Shown here in pieces: positions 26,412 through 32,000 of a stretch of DNA of 32,000 nt. Source of the DNA: Edaphobacter aggregans (lineage in GTDB: Bacteria; Acidobacteriota; Terriglobia; Terriglobales; Acidobacteriaceae). The position numbers and the translations under genes are program-made. The notes beneath the pieces were generated by a model that worked only from the letters and a program-made list of their open reading frames with translations, searched no databases and had not been told where the DNA came from. The stretch spans positions 1,920,001 to 1,952,000 of the forward strand of contig NZ_RSDW01000001.1 in assembly GCF_003945235.1 (NCBI RefSeq), given 5' to 3'. Within the stretch, counting starts at the first letter, position 1. Each line of letters opens with the position of its first letter.

Positions 26412-27082
26412 CGCGGCTCACCCCCGCTGGCGGGCTCGTTCGTCGCCGTAGTCACGGTCTTCTCCGACCGCTCCATTCCCACAGGAGGCCGCAGATACGT
26501 CTTCAAACGAAGCCGCAGCCCGACAGTTCCCGTCTGCTGGCCAGTCAACGTAACGCCCTCGATCAGGTAGAACATCTTGTCGCGCTCCAGCCCATTGATA
26601 AACAGCACCAGCGGACGATAGTCGCCACTGAGACTCGCATCCATCTTGACTTCGGTAAGCGCACCCGTCCCGCCTTCGAGCACCGGTGCCGGCGCATACT
26701 GCACCCGCGTCAACTTCACATTCTGCTTTTTCGCCAGCGCGCCCAACTCCGCAGCTACCGCCGAGTAAGCAAACGGTAGTCTCTTCTCCGAGAACTTGTC
26801 CGCATCCGCCGTAGCCTGGGCTAGCTTCGCATCCAGGCCTTCAAGCGGACGCTTGGCAATCTCAGCCGTACGCATAGTGACCGTCTGCTGCGCGATGGCA
26901 TCGGCGTTCTGGCTATTGGCCGCCCGCCACGCAAAGAACATATGCCCCAGCAGATAGACATTGACCAGCGCCAACACCGCCACAACGGCATAGTAAAGAT
27001 TCAAGCGCGTCAACAAGGCCCGCGTACGCTCCGACACATCTTGCAACCTCTGTGGCACTGCAGTCCGAGTCGCGACAGTCAT
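26408..27082 (-). CDS. pilO: PilO/GspM-like pilus assembly protein
   Basis: Single N-terminal TM helix, a coiled-coil-like segment and a C-terminal ferredoxin-like region. ATGA overlaps on both sides within pilM-N-O-P synteny. Confidence 0.6.
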   Translation of the reverse strand: MTVATRTAVPQRLQDVSERTRALLTRLNLYYAVVAVLALVNVYLLGHMFFAWRAANSQNADAIAQQTVTMRTAEIAKRPLEGLDAKLAQATADADKFSEKRLPFAYSAVAAELGALAKKQNVKLTRVQYAPAPVLEGGTGALTEVKMDASLSGDYRPLVLFINGLERDKMFYLIEGVTLTGQQTGTVGLRLRLKTYLRPPVGMERSEKTVTTATNEPASGGEPR

Positions 27083-27819
27083 CGCACACCACCCGTCTGC
27101 GCGCGCTTGCTCAGATGCACAGCCTTAGTCCCGTGCACTTTCTTCGTCACGCTCTTCTCCGCATCGGCCGGAGCATCCGCGTCTTTCTCCCCCATCTCAT
27201 CATCACTGACCTTCTTCACCGCAATCTCAGGCAGCGGGTTATAGCCGCTGAAGATCTCGAACTCCACACCCGGCGGCCCCGCCTGCACACCAGGCATACC
27301 CTTATCAAGAGCCTGTTGCGCCGCCTCACCAGCCAGCCGCGGAGACACAAACCGCTGCGAAGTCTCCAGGTTCCTAACCAGTTGCACCGCCCGATCACGA
27401 TCGCCGCTCACACGCAGCCGGATCACCACATCGCCTTCTTTCGTAATCGAAGGCTCAATGCTCGTCACCTGCACCCCAGTCGGCAGCACTCTCTCGAGAT
27501 CCATCATCACCGCCGTCCAGCTAAAGCTCTTCGCCGCGAAGACCGCATTCAGAAACTGGCTGCGTTCAAGCACAGCCATATTCTGGGGCTGTCGCATCCG
27601 CGCCTCATTCCGCTGACGCTCCTGTTGAAACTGCAGCGTCTTCGCCTTCAGCGAATCCATATGCGCCTGCGCCACTCTGGCCTTGGCGTTCAGCGAATGC
27701 AGCGCAAACCCCAGCCCTATAGCCAGCACACCGAGCGCAATCGCAGCCAGTCGCAGCCGTGCAAACAGAGGACGCAGCTCGACAAAGGGCCGTGTAGCAA
27801 GATTGACCGAGATCCGCAT
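27079..27819 (-). CDS. pilN: PilN (fimbrial assembly) protein
   Basis: N-terminal MRISVNLATRPF (the conserved INL-type motif that binds PilM), followed by a TM helix and coiled coil. Confidence 0.75.
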   Translation of the reverse strand: MRISVNLATRPFVELRPLFARLRLAAIALGVLAIGLGFALHSLNAKARVAQAHMDSLKAKTLQFQQERQRNEARMRQPQNMAVLERSQFLNAVFAAKSFSWTAVMMDLERVLPTGVQVTSIEPSITKEGDVVIRLRVSGDRDRAVQLVRNLETSQRFVSPRLAGEAAQQALDKGMPGVQAGPPGVEFEIFSGYNPLPEIAVKKVSDDEMGEKDADAPADAEKSVTKKVHGTKAVHLSKRAQTGGVR

Positions 27820-28916
27820 CAGTTCTTCAAAGCTCCCCTCACGCCCGCCAGCCAGCCACGCGGCACACTCGACGTCGTCGCTCCAGCCTGCAGCACTCCC
27901 GCCTCAACCACCTCGCGCACGCGAAGCCCCTCAATCCCGCTATCCCGCAGCGTCGTCGAAAGCCTCTCAGCCCCCAGCGTCCCCGCCGAAAACAAAACCT
28001 CCGGCGCAGCCTGCAACGTGTCTTCAAAATAAGCTGCCGCAACACTGACCGCCTGCGCTATCTCTCGCGACGCGGCACTCGCAGCCAACTCATGCAGCTC
28101 CGCTCTCTCAACAACCGATGTCTGAATCGCAGCCTCGGCATCGAACCGATCGATCTCTTGATCCACAAGACGCTGACGCGCCCAGACCTCAGCAGACCTC
28201 TCGCGATCTTCCAGCGGAAGCGCCGTCACCGCCGCCGTCGGCGCATTCCCATCAATATCCGCATTCATATCGACAGACCGATGCAGCAGCAGAACTCCAC
28301 CACGCACAATCGCCGTAGTCACCGAAGCCGGCCCCGCATTCACCACTAGCACCGGAGCCTCAGCCTCTTCCAGCGAAGCCAGCGCTGCCAGCGTGCTCGG
28401 CAGCACCGCTCCCGGCAGATACCCAGCCTGTGTCACGACACCTTCATACTCATCCAGCACAGCCTTCGGAATCGCCACAGCCAGCACATGCACCCCGGCC
28501 TTGGCGCTCGACATCACCTGATAGCTCACCACCGCCTCTTCCACATCAAACGGCAGCAGCTTCTTCAGCCGAAATCGCACTACCGGCAGCGCCTCAACAG
28601 GCTTCGACGGCAACTGATCAAAATCGAGCAGCAACACCCGCACCGCAGCATCCGGGACCACCACCGTCACATAACGCTCACTCGCCCGCGCCGCCACACC
28701 CTCAAGCGCCCTGCGAACCGCCGCCGCCACCGCACCACGATCCACGATATTGCCCGGCTTCAATCCCGGCATCACCGCGCCTTCGGCCACTTCCGCTCGC
28801 GAAACAGACGTCAGCAAAGCGGCCGCATCATCGGCACGGGCCGCGACCACGCCCTCAAACCTCAGCTCAACAGCCAGACGAGGCCGTGTGCCCAAACTTG
28901 TCGGTAAAATTTCCAT
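27819..28916 (-). CDS. pilM: PilM/GspL-like actin-fold pilus assembly protein (divergent)
   Basis: 365 aa. It sits immediately upstream of pilN with a 1-nt TGATG overlap, and its length and alternating beta/alpha pattern fit PilM. The canonical N-terminal GLDIGS motif is degenerate (LAVELRFEG). Confidence 0.6.
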   Translation of the reverse strand: MEILPTSLGTRPRLAVELRFEGVVAARADDAAALLTSVSRAEVAEGAVMPGLKPGNIVDRGAVAAAVRRALEGVAARASERYVTVVVPDAAVRVLLLDFDQLPSKPVEALPVVRFRLKKLLPFDVEEAVVSYQVMSSAKAGVHVLAVAIPKAVLDEYEGVVTQAGYLPGAVLPSTLAALASLEEAEAPVLVVNAGPASVTTAIVRGGVLLLHRSVDMNADIDGNAPTAAVTALPLEDRERSAEVWARQRLVDQEIDRFDAEAAIQTSVVERAELHELAASAASREIAQAVSVAAAYFEDTLQAAPEVLFSAGTLGAERLSTTLRDSGIEGLRVREVVEAGVLQAGATTSSVPRGWLAGVRGALKN

Positions 28917-28973
28917 TCCTTCTTAGACTATCCTGTTCCAGCCCAATTCCTGTTCCCTATTCCCTACTGCCTT

Positions 28974-30608
28974 TTACCGCCCCGCCTCAATAAACGTAAC
29001 CTTATTGATCTCCCGAAGCGTCGTAATCCCGTCCCTAACCCTCTCCAACGCCGAGTCCCGCAAAAAGCCCATTCCCTTATCCCTGGCCTTCTTCCGAATC
29101 TCGCTTCCCGGCTTCTTCGCCAGCAACATCTCGCGAATCTCGTCATCCAGCTCAAGCAGTTCGTGGATCGCCGACCGCCCGCGATACCCAGTCCCGCCGC
29201 ACTCTATGCAGCCAGATCCCTCCCGGAACCTGAACCCACGCCACTCGTTCGGCTCAAGCCCGCTGTCAAGCAGTTCCTTGTCCGAGTAAGTCACCTCACG
29301 CACACAAAACTCGCAGACCTGACGCACCAGCCGTTGAGCCAAAATGCAGTTCAGCGCCGACACAAAGTTATAAGGCTCAACTCCCATGTTCAGGAAGCGC
29401 CCCAGCACATCAACCACATTGTTCGCGTGAACCGTAGTAAACACCAGGTGGCCCGTCAGCGCCGAATTGATCGCAATCTGCGCCGTCTCCGCATCGCGGA
29501 TCTCACCCACAAGAATCTTGTCAGGGTCATGCCGCAGAATCGACCGCAATCCACGCGCAAACGTCAGGCCCTTCTTTTCATTTACCGGAATCTGCGTAAT
29601 CCCGCGAATCTGATACTCGACCGGATCCTCAATCGTGATGATCTTGTCCTCTTCAGACTTGATCTCATTCAGCGCCGCATACAGCGTCGTCGTCTTACCC
29701 GAACCCGTCGGCCCGGTCACCAGCACCATGCCATAAGGCTCTTTGATATACCGCCGAAACCGCTCCAGATCCTTCGCCGCGAACCCCACCACATCCAGTG
29801 AAAGTTTCGTGAATTTCTCCGACATCGACTCTTTATCGAGCACACGAAGCACAGCATTCTCGCCATGCACCGTCGGCATAATCGAAACACGAAAGTCGAT
29901 CAGCCGCCCCTTGTAGCGCACGCGGAAACGGCCATCCTGCGGTACCCTCCGCTCCGCAATATCAAGCTCACTCATGACCTTGATACGCGAAAGAATCGTC
30001 TGATGATGCTCGCGCGCAATCGGAGCCATCGCCTGCTGCAACACACCGTCAATGCGGTACTTCACCAGCAACGAATCATCAAACGTCTCCAGGTGAATAT
30101 CCGAAGCCCGCCGTTCCAACGCCGTAAAGATCGTCGTGTCCACCAGCCGGATGATCGGCGAAATATCATCCTCGCTCGTCAGCCGTTCAATCGAGATATT
30201 CTCGTCGCCATTCTCCTCGCTCGAAAGCACATCGAACGCCAGCCCTTCGCTCGCCTCATCGAGCACCCGCTGGCTCTGCTCCGTCTTCTTCAGCAGCTCA
30301 GTAATCTGCGTCAGTGTCGCCACCCGCGTCACCAACCGCGTTCCCAGCAACCCCGAAATCTCATCCAGCACCATCAGCTTCGAGGGATCGCTCACAGCAA
30401 TCGCCAGCCGCCCATCCAACTGCTCCAGCGGAACGAAGTTATACCGGAACATCATGTCCACAGGAACCCGCTTGAACAACTCATGCTGAATCTTGAAGTT
30501 CTTCAAATCAACAAACTCGGCATGATACCGCCGCGCCAGCATCTGGGCGCGTTCCGCCTCATCCATGCCTAACTCGTTGATTGGTATAGCCAGAGGAATA
30601 TTTCCCAT
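28974..30608 (-). CDS. pilB: Type IV pilus / type II secretion assembly ATPase (PilB/GspE family)
   Basis: T2SSE N-terminal domain (YNFVPLEQLDGRLAIAVSDP). Walker A GPTGSGKTTTLYA. Asp/His boxes. Tetracysteine motif CEFC...CIECGGTGYRGR. Confidence 0.92.
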   Translation of the reverse strand: MGNIPLAIPINELGMDEAERAQMLARRYHAEFVDLKNFKIQHELFKRVPVDMMFRYNFVPLEQLDGRLAIAVSDPSKLMVLDEISGLLGTRLVTRVATLTQITELLKKTEQSQRVLDEASEGLAFDVLSSEENGDENISIERLTSEDDISPIIRLVDTTIFTALERRASDIHLETFDDSLLVKYRIDGVLQQAMAPIAREHHQTILSRIKVMSELDIAERRVPQDGRFRVRYKGRLIDFRVSIMPTVHGENAVLRVLDKESMSEKFTKLSLDVVGFAAKDLERFRRYIKEPYGMVLVTGPTGSGKTTTLYAALNEIKSEEDKIITIEDPVEYQIRGITQIPVNEKKGLTFARGLRSILRHDPDKILVGEIRDAETAQIAINSALTGHLVFTTVHANNVVDVLGRFLNMGVEPYNFVSALNCILAQRLVRQVCEFCVREVTYSDKELLDSGLEPNEWRGFRFREGSGCIECGGTGYRGRSAIHELLELDDEIREMLLAKKPGSEIRKKARDKGMGFLRDSALERVRDGITTLREINKVTFIEAGR

Positions 30609-30667
30609 ACCCGTAAGACTCCTATTTTCTGCAACCGTTACCGCCGGCCATTCGCCACTACCATCAT

Positions 30668-30858
30668 CTGCTGTTGCTTCTGTTTCCTGCTGTCGTTGTT
30701 GTCATCCCCGAAGGGGATCTGCTTTGCCTTGTCCTTGTCTCTATTGCCCTTGCTTCCCTTTTTGCTTCTGTTCTTGCCGTTGCTTCTAGGTACGCCAAGG
30801 CTTTAGCCTTGGCCCTCTCAATCCCAATCAGAGAAATGGGGGGCTTTAGCCCCTAGGG
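30668..30858 (+). repeat. Repeat locus 7: B, A, B, E, F
   Basis: The A box GTCATCCCCGAAGGGGATCTGCTTTG is at 30701-30726. The E variant CTAGGTACGCCAAGGCTTTAGCCTTGGCCCTCTC is at 30786-30819. F is at 30835-30858. Confidence 0.9.
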
Positions 30859-31079
30859 TATGACTTCCTTCCCCGATGCTCATTTTCACAGAAGCCAAGC
30901 CTAATCGGACAACTCCAGACAACCCAAGCTCCCGTATCTGCAACAAAACACTCAAAACCAGCAACATCCACGCCGCGAATGTCCCTCAAGATCATCCCAC
31001 GATTCGCGGCAATCCGTCTGTTACCATTCTCCCGCATCTCCGGGCCCCCCACATCTACATCTTTTGGAGGACTAACCTC

Positions 31080-31643
31080 ATGAGCAGCGCACCCACGCCC
31101 CTGCACGAAGTCACCGGAAAAGCCATCAACTGGTCCATCGCCCTCAGCGTCCTGCTCATTCTGGCTGGCCTCTTCGCCATCTTCATCCCGCACATCGCCG
31201 GAATCGGCATCACCCTCTTCCTTGGCTACGCGATGTTCCTCTTCGGTATCATCCACATCGTCTTCGCCTTCAAAACCCACACCAAGGGCAGCGTCCTATG
31301 GGAGATCCTCGTCGGCCTCGCCTACATCTTCGCCGGCGCCTACCTCTTCTGGCATCCTCTACTCGGCCTTCTGTCACTCACCCTGCTGCTGGCCGTCTAT
31401 CTCGTCATCGCAGGCATCGTCGAGCTCGTCCACGCCTTCAAAGTCCGCCCGCGCGAAGGCTCCACCTGGCTCGTGATCGACGGCCTCGTCACCCTCCTTC
31501 TGGCCTTCATGATCTGGCGCTCCTGGCCCTATAGCTCCGTCTGGGCCATCGGAACCCTCATCGGCGTCAGCATGCTCTTCAGCGGATTCTCCCGCCTCAT
31601 GCTAGCCCTGTCCGCCAAAAAACTAGTCAACCGCTTAGCCTGA
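31080..31643 (+). CDS. HdeD/DUF308-family membrane protein
   Basis: The track ORF starts at 30876. The ATG at 31080 is preceded by GGAGG (31066-31070). The product has six short hydrophobic helices with the repeated W...G(I/L)xxIxxG pattern typical of HdeD-like acid-resistance membrane proteins (187 aa). Confidence 0.7.
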   Translation: MSSAPTPLHEVTGKAINWSIALSVLLILAGLFAIFIPHIAGIGITLFLGYAMFLFGIIHIVFAFKTHTKGSVLWEILVGLAYIFAGAYLFWHPLLGLLSLTLLLAVYLVIAGIVELVHAFKVRPREGSTWLVIDGLVTLLLAFMIWRSWPYSSVWAIGTLIGVSMLFSGFSRLMLALSAKKLVNRLA

Positions 31644-31678
31644 CAACAGGGCCGGCTACCCAGGCCGCGCAAAAAAAC

Positions 31679-31744
31679 GTTGCCATTTCGACCGAAGCAG
31701 CTCACAGCAACATCGTGAGCTGCGCAGCGGAGAAACCCATCGCT
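31679..31744 (+). repeat. Repeat locus 8: C4 module
   Basis: GTTGCCATTTCGACCGAAGCAGCTCACagcaacatcGTGAGCTGCGCAGCGGAGAAACCC. The flanks are homologous to C2 and C3, and the core stem is CAGCTCAC/GTGAGCTG. Confidence 0.8.
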
Positions 31745-31797
31745 TACTCGGAGCCAACGCAGCTCTTGTCTTTGCTTGCTACTCCCTCTTCCCTGCC

Positions 31798-32000
31798 CTA
31801 CTGCATCGCCCCTGCGCCCAAACTAAAGATCGGCAGATAAAGCGCAATCAGAATCGTCACCACCACCACGCCCATCACGATCAAAATCATCGGCTCAATC
31901 AAACTCATCGCCGCAGTCAGATTCGTCTGCACATCCTCCTCAAAAAACTCCGCAACCGAATTCAGCATCTGCGGCAACGCACCCGTCGACTCACCCACCT
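31798..32000 (-). CDS. pilC: Type IV pilus / T2SS platform protein PilC/GspF, C-terminal fragment (5' end outside window)
   Basis: ...LPQMLNSVAEFFEEDVQTNLTAAMSLIEPMILIVMGVVVVTILIALYLPIFSLG is the canonical GspF/PilC C-terminus (LxEPxxIxxMGxxVGxIVxAxYLPIF). Confidence 0.85.
   Translation of the reverse strand, partial: VGESTGALPQMLNSVAEFFEEDVQTNLTAAMSLIEPMILIVMGVVVVTILIALYLPIFSLGAGAMQ

Noticed and set aside
27052-28993. + strand ORFs 27052..28032, 27683..28048, 28430..28993 and 28488..28907
   Set aside because: They are antisense to the translationally coupled pilM/pilN/pilO genes and have a Pro/Arg/His/Ser-rich artefact composition.
29163-30572. + strand ORFs 29163..29801 and 29865..30572
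   Set aside because: They are antisense to the PilB/GspE ATPase gene, which has clear Walker and tetracysteine motifs.
30876-31079. N-terminal 68 codons of track ORF 30876..31643
   Set aside because: The composition is unusual, and a strong GGAGG-ATG site at 31080 precedes the first HdeD-like helix.
1-32000. Looked for defence islands, prophage, IS, integrase, toxin-antitoxin pairs, tRNA and rRNA
   Set aside because: I recognised no such motifs, tRNA cloverleaf candidates or mobile-element genes by eye. Absence cannot be proven without profile searches.

Overview
High-GC bacterial chromosomal segment. The gene content and the repeat-derived peptide motifs suggest an Acidobacteriota-like diderm, but this is from memory and unverified. 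No rRNA, tRNA, CRISPR array, transposase, integrase or recognisable defence system was seen.

Gene content, in order:
- GH57 branching-enzyme 3' end, a polytopic membrane protein and a SAM methyltransferase.
- A secreted M1 metallopeptidase, then a membrane protein.
- SixA and Ppx/GppA, convergent and overlapping.
- Two tandem paralogous ArnT/PMT-like (GT39/GT83) glycosyltransferases facing a GT21 (HpnI/ceramide-glucosyltransferase-like) glycosyltransferase.
- A minus-strand heat-shock unit: dnaK, small ORF, nei-like glycosylase, dnaJ, hspR. There is no grpE.
- A lipoprotein, a VOC/glyoxalase-fold protein, a BNR/Ycf48-like beta-propeller and a DUF885 protein.
- A minus-strand type IV pilus / T2SS-like block: pilC 3' end, pilB/gspE, pilM, pilN, pilO, a PilP-like gene and an atypical GspG-like pseudopilin. 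No secretin lies in the window.

The most unusual signals are not single genes:
1. A modular hairpin-repeat family occupies eight loci. Every directional copy I found has the same orientation. One module keeps conserved flanks around a different self-complementary core in each copy. One copy sits in-frame inside a glycosyltransferase gene.
2. C outnumbers G on the + strand by about 2:1 across the window, whichever strand the genes are on. Plus-strand genes therefore use C-ending codons and minus-strand genes use G/T-ending codons. This also explains the many long spurious ORFs in the six-frame track.
3. Three genes contain internal patches that lack this skew, which suggests recent in-frame insertion or mosaic recombination.

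All family assignments come from motif recognition by eye and need a database search to confirm.
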